64,000 nucleotides of DNA from Mobula birostris (Eukaryota). A program made the translations under genes and the position numbers. Positions 25,816 through 37,745 of the stretch are shown here, piece by piece. The notes below the pieces were generated by a model that was given only the letters and a program-made list of their open reading frames with translations, made no database searches and had not been told where the DNA came from. The stretch is taken from assembly GCF_030028105.1 (NCBI RefSeq), contig NC_092393.1, positions 40,339,248-40,403,247 of the forward strand, in the 5' to 3' direction. Numbering within the stretch: position 1 is the stretch's first letter; every line of letters begins with the position of its first letter.

Positions 25816-26460
25816 AAGTCTCCAAACCGCATCAGGCAGGCCAGAGGTAATTCTGAAATACAGTCACTAATGTATGTGTAAGTAAATATGAAAGCAATCG
25901 AGTACACTACAGTCCCAAGCAATAAAAATTATAAATAATCTGGAGGATTGTTTCAGGTTGTGGTGGTGGAAGGAAGAATTTTAGCCATACGATTTCCTTG
26001 TTCTTACCGAAATTCTGCTACATTCACCTGAACAAGATCCTACCTCATTTTAGGGCACTATTCCATTGTGTTCTAAAGTGTGGGACTGTAATAATCAGCT
26101 AACAAGATTTATATCTTCATATGTCAAAGTATAATTTATAAAAATATTATAAATTCCAATTGACTGGGATGATATAGTTTAAGGTAAAATGACCAAACAA
26201 CAGGTCAATAAGGAGAATAATTAAAAGAAAATAAAATTGAATAACAATATACAGTACAATTTTTAAGAGTGAAATATTAACATTGAATAACTACAGCATT
26301 GACTCTTAGGCTAGAACATGAACATTAGACTTGAATTACTCAAACTGTTATTAAAATTAAAGGCATATGGAGAACATTTTAAAATATTATAAATGCTCAA
26401 AAGTTTTAGGGAAATATTTTCTTAACCACAGTAAATGGCTGATACTGACAGAAAACTTAC

Positions 26461-26595
26461 CTTTGTGGCTCGATTGGTCACAGGTCCTGGTTCACCTTCA
26501 CTCAACTGTTGCAAGCATTTGTGGGTGATTGCAAATATTTGGTCAGTTGATAACAGATCAGAGCACATCAGGGTGGTAAGAATGCTCATTGATCG
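26461..26595 (-). CDS. TEPSIN: TEPSIN exon 12
   Basis: RSMSILTTLMCSDLL...LQQLSEGEPGPVTNRATK|gtaagt; 135 nt, phase 0-0; end of VHS/ENTH-like domain. Confidence 0.92.
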
Positions 26596-27070
26596 CTTCA
26601 GCAAACAGAATTAGCAGAAAAATTATATTAAAAGAGGGCAAGCAATGTCTCCAAACACACATTAAGAACTTAACAAGTACAGAAGTATAACTTGCTTGCA
26701 GTTGTTTTTAAACAGATGTGATTTAAAGAATCCAAGCTGTCTGTGGAGGTCTAGTTCTAGGACTATCAATTGCTGAGAAAGAACTTCAACATCCAAGGCA
26801 GCATCTCGTGAATTATTGGATGCAGTGGTTCTATATGATAAATACTCACTCAGAGAATCGCACTGGATGTCAAATTCCAGGCTTCGTGCACAAGATGGTG
26901 GTTTATTATTATTAGTCTAATGTATGTATTAGCAAGTTTTGAAAAAGAAAGACCTACATTCGCATTGCACCTTATCTATATGAACTGTGATATTTCTGAG
27001 ACTTTCAAGGATAAAGTACAAAGAAACTTCTGTTAACAGAAAATAAAGTTCAAAATTTCACAGAAAATAC

Positions 27071-27149
27071 CATGTTGACAATATCAGAGGGGTCCTTCAG
27101 TTTCTCGTTGAGAAGCTCTACAACCGCTTCACAGTTGAGTAATGCACAC
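27071..27149 (-). CDS. TEPSIN: TEPSIN exon 11
   Basis: (E)CALLNCEAVVELLNEKLKDPSDIVNM; cag/gtattt; 79 nt. Confidence 0.92.
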
Positions 27150-27489
27150 CTGAGGGTGGTCAGAAAAATACAGCGAGTTATTACAAAATGATTTTTGCAA
27201 AACAAAGTAATTTCCTAGAACAAAGTTTAAAATAGTTAAGTTGTTAAAATGGTTAATGCTGAAATACATTTTCTATATGAAATATCTTTGGTGATGTCCT
27301 TTTCTTTCTCTTAAATTAGACTAAGCTTTTTTCTGCTAGTCTTTTACCTTTTCTAGGAGAAACGGATTCATGATGAGCATGGGCTGCTTTAGGACGCAGT
27401 GCTTCCCAGCTGGTCTTTTATGATACCAATTTCTTATCTTATAAAGATTAGCTTTATCGTCACATGTACATCGAAACATATAGTCAAAT

Positions 27490-27715
27490 CGAATCAGTGA
27501 GAACTGTGCTGGGCAGCCCCCAGGTGTTGCCACGTTTCCGATGCAAACGTAGCATACCCACAATTCATTAACCCTAAATCACACATCTTTCGAATGTGGG
27601 AGGAAACCCTTGCAGTCATGGGGAGAACGTTCAAACTCCTTACACCTTAAAGACAGTAGCAGGAATCGAACCCCAGTCTTGCAGATGGCATGCTACGCTA
27701 CCATGCCGCCCACAA
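27490..27715 (-). mobile_element. V-SINE-like element (second copy ~28240-28450)
   Basis: Reverse complement shows ggcggcatggtagcgtagc, ggggttcgattcctgc, gggtttcctcccacattc. Confidence 0.7.
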
Positions 27716-28749
27716 ACAATGAGTTTGTTTGTTTGTGATTTCTGTCCATAAGCAGCCATTCATCAAGGTATAACTGATTTGATTTACTTCTCTGAAGCAG
27801 CTGGGCACTTAGGCCTCAGTGATTTGGATTCTCTAATTACCTGATGAAATGGTTTTGAAAATACCATTGGTTTTCAATATTGCGAAGGAAAGGAATGTTC
27901 CTAAAACATAAATCTAAGATCAGAAACCTGAACCCAGAAATAATGCTTCTGTTTGAATTTTAGAAGCCATTACTAAGGGCTACACTACCAAGAGACCAAA
28001 GACATTAACCCCGAGTTCCCCATCTCACAAAGCTACATGATCTACCCACATTTTCAACTTTTAGTTCAGATTTGCAATTTTGCTTGTAGATTGGCAGGAG
28101 ACTAAAATCTGCATTCAATTCATAGGCAGAGAGAATTCAGCTTTGGCCCACTGAGTCTAACCTAATTTACACCAGCTTACATAATTCCACACTAATCCTA
28201 TTCTATTCTTCCCACATTCCCATCAGTTCCCCACAGATTCCACCATTCATCAACACACTAGGAACGATTTCCAGCAACCAATTAACCCACCACTCCGCAT
28301 GTCTCTAAGATGTGGTAAGAAACCGAAGCAGCTGATGGAAATGAACGCACTCACAGGAAACTGTGCAAGCTTCACCCACACAGCACCAGAAGCCAGATTC
28401 GAAGCCAGATTCAAAGCCAGGTCACTCAGACCATGAGGCCACTGTACCGTTCTTTTATTTAAAAAAAAGACCATTCTCAGAACTGAAGACAAACCTTAAA
28501 CACTGTAAATTAATTGCCAAGAATTTCCTTATGATAACTGATTATAAACTTTCAATCAGAATTTAAACTATGAGAACCCCAAATTTATTAACAGGTCAGG
28601 ATACCTAGATTTTAATCTTAAATGTATCAGGTTTCTACCATGAGTCCATTAAAGTGTACGTTAAATATGTAAAAATTTACTGATGGTTACTTAACCCATA
28701 CTCATACATGTGACTTGTTTAAGTGGCTCATTAACTGAAACATACTCAC

Positions 28750-28863
28750 TCTTTGATAAAATGCTGCATTTCATCCCTGGTCAGGAACACATTAGACCCT
28801 TGGGTCAGGTTGTTCACCAAACTTATTTCTTGCATGCAGTCATTCAAGTTGACTGATTCAACT
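28750..28863 (-). CDS. TEPSIN: TEPSIN exon 10
   Basis: (R)VESVNLNDCMQEISLVNNLTQGSNVFLTRDEMQHFIK; tag/gtgagt; 114 nt. Confidence 0.92.
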
Positions 28864-29564
28864 CTAACAAACAAGAATCAGAGAGATTCATAAGACAGCT
28901 TAAACCTTCAAAAAAAATTCCAAATATAAATTAAATTTTGGCTTGTCTGTGAAATTTGCTAAGCTATATTAGGTCAAAATGTTTGTTGTCCTCCACTGCT
29001 ATTAAGTAAATAGATAACAAAAGATGTATTCATTATATTATATTAGCCACTTTAAAAGAAAGAAGCTTGGAGAATAACAGAACTTGTTAGAAAAGCTATC
29101 TGCAGAATGTGATGATAGACTTGGAAAACTTCAGCATTGTCCATCACAGAGATCTTGGTGGGATATGGTGCCTCAGAAAGCTCTCTAGAAGCAGTGATTG
29201 CCTCCTGACCGGAGGTCATTATTCACCGTCACATTGTTCTCTGGAAGCAGGGATGCCTCCTTACCAGAGGTCACTAATTCACTGTCACATTATTAACAAC
29301 ATATCTCGTAACAGTGTGTCGCCATGAGGATCTCAATGAACAAGCATCCCTGCAGTAACTACTGGAGGAAGGATAATGTGGACTCAAACTGTGAGCGTGT
29401 TCTGGCTCCTACCCATTCTCCATCTGCCAGAATCCCTTTAAAAGGCAAGAAAAGCAATGAACTATTGCATACGTACTCCTATTTTGAGAAGGACCATTCC
29501 CTTGATGAACATTCTGTGCAGTATTGATAATGCCCAGTGTTTGATTTGTGGTTCTGGCATTTTT

Positions 29565-29668
29565 TCAGTCCTGAAGAAGGGTGTCAGCCCAAAACGTTGA
29601 TGATCTATTCATTTCCACAGATGCTGCCTGACCTGCTGAGTTCCTCCAGCATTTTGTGTGTGTGCTGT
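29565..29668 (+). mobile_element. Penelope-like element end with degenerate hammerhead (GAAA mutated to AAAA)
   Basis: cagtcctgaagaagggtgtcagcccaaaacgttga...gatgctgcctgacctgctgagttcctccagcattttgtgtg. Confidence 0.7.
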
Positions 29669-30186
29669 GTGTGATTTATAGTGTCTGCAAATGTGGGGGA
29701 TATGTCAGATGAGAGGGGATCACAACTAAAGTGACTGGCCCCATATTATGATTGGTACAGTTTCATCTGGAAATTACTACTGATTTGATTTCCAGAGGTA
29801 AAATTGAAACTGAATCTTTTTTCCCCATACTGTGCTTTGCAATTGTTTGGCAACTGCACTCCATCTGTCACCTGGGGGTCAACTGACTTTGCATGTTCTC
29901 ATAGTTTACTTTTCTGCCTAACTTGAGTATACTTCAGCTGCTCCATTCACCCCAGTGATAACTGTGAGCTGAAGCCACACAGAAAAGAAAAACACAAATC
30001 CAGTTCGCTGTACGCAATCCTCCATGCAACAAGTCTTTTTCACCAGTTGTTTATGTTCCCAGACTTCCAACTGTTAACTTTTCTATTGTTTTCAAGTACG
30101 TTTGTTGATGCTCTGTGATCAGCGATAAGGCCCACATTTGTGCTTATATTAACTCCAACAAAGGCTGGCATTAAATTGTCATGTAC

Positions 30187-30355
30187 CTTTCCATCAAGTC
30201 CCCACTCTCTCTGCTGCCTCCTGACTGGCTGTCTGTAGCTGCTTTGCCACTGCTGCCATCTGAAATATAATTAGTCTGTGACGAATTCTGGGAACTGTGC
30301 CCACTGTCACTTTCTTCCCAGCCTCCGCCTGGTTGACCAGGTTGACGACGAGACA
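30187..30355 (-). CDS. TEPSIN: TEPSIN exon 9
   Basis: SRRQPGQPGGGWEESDSGHSSQNSSQ...SRESGDLME; tag/gtacat; 169 nt. Confidence 0.92.
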
Positions 30356-30938
30356 CTATAAAGGAATAGAAGTAATAATAATGGGACAAAATATAACTGT
30401 AGGACAAACATGGTAATCCCTCGATATTTGAGTGGCTAATACAAGGGGGCATAACTCTTAAAGGAAAATAGAGGGGGGGGGGATGTCAGAGGTACTTTTC
30501 TAACCACAGAGAGTGATAAGTGTGTGGAACATGCTATCAAGGGTGGTGGTAGAGGCTGATACTTTAGGAACATTTAAGGGAACCTCAGAAAGGCACATGA
30601 ATGAAAGAACAATGGAGGGCTATGTGGGAGGGCAGGGTCATAGTGATCTTGAAGTAGGTTAACAGATTGGCACAACTTTGTGCATTGAAGGGCCTGTACT
30701 GTGTTGTAATGTTCACGTTCTTTTAGATTTCAAAAGTAAATCTCTGCTGTTGTATTTGTATAAAGATTACATTTTAAAGACAAGCTAAAGGCCAAGACAG
30801 GTTAATCTAAGTCATTGAGGGAGAAAGATGTTTTTAAAAATATAGTTCATTTCAGGTTAAGCATGTCAATCAGCTTGAAGCATACGGAAGAAATGAGAAG
30901 GGAGGATAAATTAAAGCTTCATTTGTCCATCAGTACAC

Positions 30939-31546
30939 TGTTCAAGTGTGAGTTGATGTACAAATCGTTAGAGTAATTTTTGGGTTTAGGTCATTTACAT
31001 TTAGCAAATGGCTTTGGCCACCAGGCTTCTGTTCCTTGACAATGTATTGTGGATTTAGTTTGTCACAATGCATTTTGTAAAAGCTGTGAATCCCAGTCCA
31101 GAGACGACACTGGTGTCTGTGGGATGGATGTGAACCAGAAGGTGTGAAGTTTGCATGTAGTTTCAAAGACAGCATTATCTATACCTTGTAAATATGGAAT
31201 TGTCCTTTATGTTTAGCATATAAAATACCAAATAAATGTATTGTGGATTCAGTTTGGAACAATGGATTCCTAAAAGCCCAGTCCAGACGCTGCTGGCACC
31301 TGTGGGATGGATGCGAATCAGAAGGTGTGAAGTCTGTATGTAGCTTCAAAGGAAAGCATTGTCTATATTTGTAAATATGGAATTGTCCTTTGTATTTAGC
31401 AAATAAATATCGAGCCCCACATTGGGCCAGCAGACCTTTCCAACGAAAGCGTCTTGGTATGATGCCTACTGTACCTTGTTTTGTTGAATAAAGAAGCTGC
31501 TTTGTATTTACGAGTAACTCTGTCCAGTGATTTCATTCGTGCAACA
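30939..31546 (+). mobile_element. Putative solo LTR with internal ~190-bp tandem duplication
   Basis: TGTT...AACA termini, AATAAA at ~31487, diverged units 31041-31230 and 31235-31412. Confidence 0.55.
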
Positions 31547-31585
31547 ACAAAATGAAAATTGTCTAGTGCCTGAAGATTAACTTAC

Positions 31586-31780
31586 ATTTTGCACTCTGTG
31601 CACTAACAGGATTTTTAGGTTTGATTTCTTTTGCTTCAGAGGAGTTTGACAGCACTGGTTGGTAGCCCTCGCCATTGCAACTGTTTCCATAGTTTCTGGG
31701 GCTTTCTTGAGGAAGTACAACGTTCACTACTGCTTCTGCTGCTTTCTGTATTTTATTAAGAATAGCATCGCTGGTAGAAC
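31586..31780 (-). CDS. TEPSIN: TEPSIN exon 8 (symmetric phase 1-1)
   Basis: GSTSDAILNKIQKAAEAVVNVVLP...YQPV...SAQSAK; tag/gtaagt; 195 nt. Confidence 0.88.
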
Positions 31781-32733
31781 CTAACAAAAACAACAACAAT
31801 TTTAACTGCTGATTGTAAGAGCCAGACTAATGACAAGCATATGTAATTTGAAGCTACATGTTGAGGTGACACAGAATTGATAAGTCAACACATAGGAATG
31901 TAAGGAAAAAACATTTTAAACCATTCATGGGTCACTGCAGGTAAAGTCAGTTACTACCCATCGTGAAATGGGTGGAGCCACATTCATAATGATACAACTC
32001 ATGTGATGAAGGTAGTCTCAAGCTACAATGGGAAGGAGTTCCACAATCCAGTAAAGAAGAAAGAAATCCAGTATAACTTCAGACCAGGAAAATTAATGAC
32101 ATGGAGGACGGTCTTTGATTTCTAGGCAATAGAGATCACAACTTTGGGAAGTGCCGTTCAAGAATTATTATAATTAACTGCAGGTCTTTTTGCAAATCAT
32201 GCTGTATCGATGGTTGTGTTTGGAAATAAATATTTAAGATGATGGATAGAAAATTCAATTAAGCAACCTTCTGTGTCCTCAATGGTGTTGGGCTTTTTCT
32301 TAAATGTACAATGAACTACGCTTGTTCAGGCAAATGGAAAGAATTCTATTGGACTCCTGACTTGCACCTCAGAACAACAGGTACACAACCTTTGACCTGC
32401 TCTTGTAGCCATACAAATACTCTGGCTATATCAGTAAAGATCCTAATCAATAGTGACACCCAGGATGTTGATGATGGGAAATGTGTTGATTTTAACGCTG
32501 TTGAACTTTAGGTGAAGATGGTTAAACCCTTTTGTTGGCAGTCTTTGCCTGGCAGATGGTGTTCATTTTACATCCCACTCATTGGATCAAATTTCAATGT
32601 TCTCTGAATGTTGATGTACATAATGTTGTTTTCCTTTGTAAAATTAGTTTTTTTACGCTCCAAAGACAAGTCTACTCCAAGAACATTGCACCCTGCAGGG
32701 CTATTCCATCAGTGATAGCATCAGTGATTCCAT

Positions 32734-32811
32734 CCTTCGTCAGGACTAACTGAAGGAAGAGTGAGTAAGGGATCCCTTACTCACTCTTCCTTCAGTTAGT
32801 CCTGACGAAGG
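32734..32811. repeat. Perfect spacerless 78-bp palindrome
   Basis: 39-bp arms pair base-for-base around the centre of gggatccc (32772/32773). Confidence 0.95.
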
Positions 32812-32834
32812 GTCTTGGCCTGAAACGTCGACTG
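32798..32834 (+). ncRNA. Minimal type I hammerhead ribozyme motif (Penelope-associated)
   Basis: agtc-CTGACGA-agggtcttggcct-GAAA-C-GTC-gact: helix I agtc/gact, intact core, stem II hairpin, GUC cleavage triplet. Confidence 0.65.
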
Positions 32835-34668
32835 CACCTCTTCCTACAGATGCTGCCTGGCCTGCTGCGTTCACCAGCAACTTTGATGTGTGTTGCTTAA
32901 ACTGCCTCTCTACTTGTTTATGCGACCAAAGCCTGAGTGCTCTGGATGCAGCAAAGGTTGAGGCCCTGGGCACAGCTGCTGAAGACTTGTGCTCCTGAAC
33001 TAGTTGTACCTCTAGTTTAACTTATTGCAACACATAATAGTACCTGTGGGAAAATAAAGTCATAGAATACCTCTCAATAGAACAGAGATTAGGAGGAATT
33101 TCTTTAGCTAGTGGATAGTGAATCTATGGCACTGCACTGGGGAACAGCTGCATCAATGACTTTAGACCGAGATAACTGATCTCAGATTAACCTTGTTATA
33201 ATGAATGTTTTCATGCCACTTTCAATCACATGTTGTTTAGAAGTTAAGAACAATCATACTCACCTCAGCCAGGGAATTTAACTCTTTTTTGCAAATATTA
33301 CTTTTTGACCATTAGGCATATTGTAAGTGTAGAATTAGGCCATTTGGCCTTTCAAGTCTGCTCCACCATTCCATCATGGCTGATTTATTATCCCTCTCAA
33401 CTCCATTCTTCTGCCTTCTCTCTGTAAGCTTTGATGCCCTAACTAATCAACCTCACTTTAAATATACCCAATGACTTGGCCACCATAGCTGTTTGTGGCA
33501 ATGAATTCCACAGATTCACCAGCTTCTAGCCAAAGAAATTCCTCCTAATCTCTGTTCTAAAGGGAGGTATTCTACAGCAATTTATTTTCCACAGATACTA
33601 GTACTGTATGTGCTGCAATAAATTAAACTAGAGGTATAACTAGTTCAGGAACGCAAGTCTTCAGTACCTCTGCCCAGATTTTGTCAGGGCCTCAAGCCAT
33701 AGTAATGAAGTCACCCCACACGTCATCAAATCATTGAGATTATCCACAAGAATAGGGTATTCAAATGATAATGATGGGGCGGAGTTTTAAAATGCCCAAA
33801 ATAAATCTCAAAACACATAGGTGGAGGCTTTTTAAAATAACCAAACGTCAAAAATCAAATAAATGTCTGTGCTCAATAGCACAATCTGAGGAACAGTAAT
33901 AAAATGTGGCGAAAGGAAGCCCTTTCCGGTCAATGCCTAACAATATGAACAAAGGTAAAGAAAGAAAGCTTCACGCTAAAGCAGTGAATGGATAGTTCAT
34001 TACAGGGGTATATTCTACATTTCGTCAGGCAGTTTCAAGGAGAGAAGAGGCTGTGAATTAAGTGATAATTCAGAATACATACTACAGATGCTGAAAATCT
34101 GAAATGCAATAGAAAATGATGGAAATACTCAGAAGGTAAAGTAGTCTCTGCCAGCTCCATCTGGCTAATGGTGGGGCACTAGCCTCCCTACCATCAAGGA
34201 CATCTTCAAATGATGGTGTCTCAAGAAGGCAATAAGAACCCTCACCATTCAGGACATGCCCTCTTCTCATTATTACAATCAGGGAGGAGGTACAGGAGCC
34301 TGCAAACACACAGCGTTTGAGGAACAATTTAATCCTCTCCTCCAGCAGATTTCTGAACTGCACATGAACCAATGAACCACACTATTTTGCACCATTAATT
34401 TATTTTTATTTTTCTTATTGTAACCTACTGTAAAGTTTTTTTTTGTATTGCACTGCACTGCTACCTCAAAATAACAAATTTCACAACATTTGGCAGTGGC
34501 AATAAACCTGATTCTGAATCTGAGGATTCGTTAATGATTATAAACAGTTAAAGGTCATCAATCTGAAATATCAACTCTACTTCACTCTCCAAAAGTGTGC
34601 CTGAATTCTTGAGTACTTATATCATGTCGAATTAAAACAATAAGCACTCTACCAATTTCAGAACTCAC

Positions 34669-34740
34669 CTGAAGACATTTTCCTTGGTGTGCACCCAAAG
34701 CCTTGCATTATGGACCCGGATGAAGGGCTTGATCCCATTC
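34669..34740 (-). CDS. TEPSIN: TEPSIN exon 7
   Basis: GMGSSPSSGSIMQGFGCTPRKMSS; tag/gtgagt; 72 nt. Confidence 0.9.
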
Positions 34741-34989
34741 CTATAAAAGTAGTAACTTTTTTTCCCAAATTAGTTCTAATAACCTTTACTTTTCATTATA
34801 TTTATCAACGTATACTTATCTGCAGAACTGAACCAAAATTTGATCTCACAGTCTCTTGTGCTTAGTTTTAACATACATAGATCATTTACTTGGAATGCAT
34901 CAGTCAACAACTGAACATTTTATTTATCTAATCACTGCGATCAACTAAACCTCAACAAACATTTTGGAAATTAAAAGAAATTGGTATGG

Positions 34990-35555
34990 AAACACCAATG
35001 CCCTTGAATGTAAATCCTACAAAAGTAGTGGAGATAGCCCAATCCCTTCTGGGTAAAACTCTCCCCACCATTGAGCACAGCTACACAAAATGCTGTCATA
35101 GGAAAGCAGCATCCATGATCAGAAACCCACCACCCAGGACATGCTCTCTTCTCACTGCTGCCATCAGGAATAAGGTACCAGAACCTCAGCACTCACACCA
35201 TCAGGTTCATGAACAGTTATTGCCCCTCAACCATCAGGCTCTTCAACCAAAGGGGATAACTTCACTCCTTTTCACTTGCCCCATCATTGAAAAGTTCCAC
35301 AAACTATGGACTCACTTTCAAGAACTCTTTATCTCATGTTCTCAATATTTATTGCTTATTTATTTATTTTTTATTATTATGTATTTCTTTTTGTATTTGC
35401 ATTTTCTTGTTTTTTGCACACTGGATGAACACCCATTGATTCTGTTATGGTTATCATTCTAATATGGATTTATTAAGTATGTCCACAAGAAAATGGATGT
35501 CAGGGTTGTATATGGTGACATATATGTACTTTGGTAATAAATTTACTTTGAACTT
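34990..35555 (+). mobile_element. Rex1/Babar-like LINE 3' fragment (others ~34160-34520, ~44240-44760, ~49800-50340, ~52010-52420)
   Basis: LPTIEH.Y.KCCHRKAAS.I..P-type coding remnant; tail gtactttggtaataaatttactttgaact. Confidence 0.65.
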
Positions 35556-35609
35556 CAATCATTGAATAAATGGTGTTCTTTCTTCAAAGAAGTTAGACAG
35601 TCCCAGTTG

Positions 35610-36295
35610 TTAACTTAACCAAGGGCTTTTCTCTTTGGAGCGAAGGAGAATGACAGGTGACTTGATAAAGATATTCAAAATGATAAGAGGCATACTGTAG
35701 ATTGAGTGGATAGCCAGAGACCTTATACCCCCAATGCAGAAATGGCTAATAGGGAGGTCATAATTTTAAGGTATTTGGAGGACAATATAATGGAAATATC
35801 AGAGATATATATTTTTTAAACACAGAGTGTGATGAGTGCTTAGATCGTACTGCAATGGGTGGTGGTAGAGGCAAGTACATTAAGGGCATTTAAGAAACTC
35901 TTAGACTGAAATGTATGATCAAAAAATGCAGGGCTATGTAGGAGTGAAGGTTTAGATTGATCTTAGAGTACATTAAAATGTCAGTACAACATCATGGGCC
36001 AAAGGGCCTGAATTTAATAAATTTTCAGCTAAAGATCTCTTTGTGTTGCATATAAGGAGGTGCCTATCTCTTTCAAATTGACCTGGACCAGCTCTTTTCT
36101 GTCCAGGATTAATACTCTCATTTTATTTAATTATATTAACCTGATATTTTACATAGTTGCAGGCAATAATGTATTATCTATCGAACTGAAACCACTCTTA
36201 CTAAACTCTATTCAACAGATGAAGGTATTTTCTTTCAATGTGTCTATAGAATACATTAAACCTATCAAATGTAACGTTCAGTGTTCTATGTTCAA
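35610..36295 (+). mobile_element. CR1 3' fragment interrupted by a ~250-bp insertion
   Basis: LFSLERRRMTGDLI coding, ...gggccaaagggcctg | insert | ...gttctatgttc tail. Confidence 0.65.
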
Positions 36296-36723
36296 CTGAT
36301 GCTATTCCTTTTACAAAACAACATTTAGAAGCAACACAAGTAATACATATAGCAAGCAGACATATATAATAAGCAACACATATAACAAGCAGACTGCACT
36401 ACAAATAGAATCTGGTTCAATAAGTTCTTATGATTTTAATTCAATGGCAATTTAACATTTTTAATTAATTGCAGTGATATTGTGACTAATACATTTAAAT
36501 CTTCAGCACAGTTAAATAATATCAACCTGGTTAACTAAAGTAGTTGCCCCAAAATCCAATAAACCAAATCATTATGAATAGATTTTGTTTTAAATATCTA
36601 CAAAGTCACAGACAAGGGACTCAGAAAAATGGCAAAATATTATTATAGTCAGAATTTGAAAGTAAATCACAAAATTAATTGGTGCATTTCAAACCTTACC
36701 AGTTTATAAACAATAATCCTTAC

Positions 36724-36808
36724 CTATCTGTGGACCCAGTCGGGAAGGGGATGAAATGTAAGATGACTGATATGGCAAAGCATCAGAGAATAACAAATTT
36801 GCTAATTC
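36724..36808 (-). CDS. TEPSIN: TEPSIN exon 6
   Basis: ELANLLFSDALPYQSSYISSPSRLGPQI; cag/gtaagg; 85 nt. Confidence 0.9.
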
Positions 36809-36980
36809 CTGCCAAAAGAAAAGACAACAGTAATCACTGGCCCAACAGATTCCATGACCTCAAAATATAAATTACAACATCTACAGAACTAATATTCCAT
36901 AATTTCAAACATTATTAATTTGAAAGCCAACATAGGACTCAAAATACACTGATTTAACCAAGCTTTAGGAATGTAAATAC

Positions 36981-37048
36981 CTCTGCAGTTTTTCGTACTC
37001 TTTGGTATAAAGCATTTCCATGAAGTAAATCTGGTGGCCCACTGAAAA
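36981..37048 (-). CDS. TEPSIN: TEPSIN exon 5
   Basis: VFSGPPDLLHGNALYQRVRKTAE; cag/gtattt; 68 nt. Confidence 0.93.
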
Positions 37049-37258
37049 CTGGCAAAAGAGAACAACCCATTTACTAATTAGAAACTACAGGACTGTTAGA
37101 AGCATGACTTTGATTCCAAGAATGAGTACAGTCTTACAAATGACATGTCAGAGTTTTGTTTTTCAATAAAATTATCATTCAAATACACATTCCTTTTCTG
37201 TTTCAACTCATATCTGACTTTAAAAATTAGACGCAGCAACTAGTATGGTGTTCACTAA

Positions 37259-37745
37259 AGACTGACTTATACTTGTGCGTCAACTCGACACCGTAGAGCC
37301 CTACACAGAGCCTATGCGGATCCCTACGCCGTGGCCTGACGCACACCTCTCCCAAAATGTAACTGCGCATCGCAGCAACGCAGACTGCAACAACTGTGAT
37401 TGGTCTGCTTGGTAGCATCGCATTTCCTCCTATGCTGCAATAGCTTCCCATTGGCCAACTGAAGGGCAGGGAAGGAACTCTGGCTGCAATGCTTTCCATA
37501 AAGCTTTACAAACCTCCGAAATTATGGAGGACACATTTCGCTTTTACAAAAAAAAGACGCTCGCTTTAAACTTGTTTACCCCGAGAAAGACTACCATGAC
37601 CATGAAGCCTTGTGCGGGCAGGTGTGTGCGCATGAGTGACGTGCGCGAATTGCAGAGCGACGCAGACACACCAATTCACAAGCATAAATGCTCACAATGC
37701 ATGTGGGTTATGGCGTCGAATTGACGCACAAGTATAAATCAGCCT
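37259..37745. mobile_element. PIF/Harbinger-type MITE
   Basis: ~38-bp imperfect TIRs agactgacttatacttgtgcgtcaactcgac / gtcgaattgacgcacaagtataaatcagcct; TAA/TTA flanks; CpG-rich. Confidence 0.75.

Noticed and set aside
29100-29530. Possible Harbinger transposase remnant (and Myb-like remnant ~38400-38790)
   Set aside because: Similarity too degraded to support by eye.
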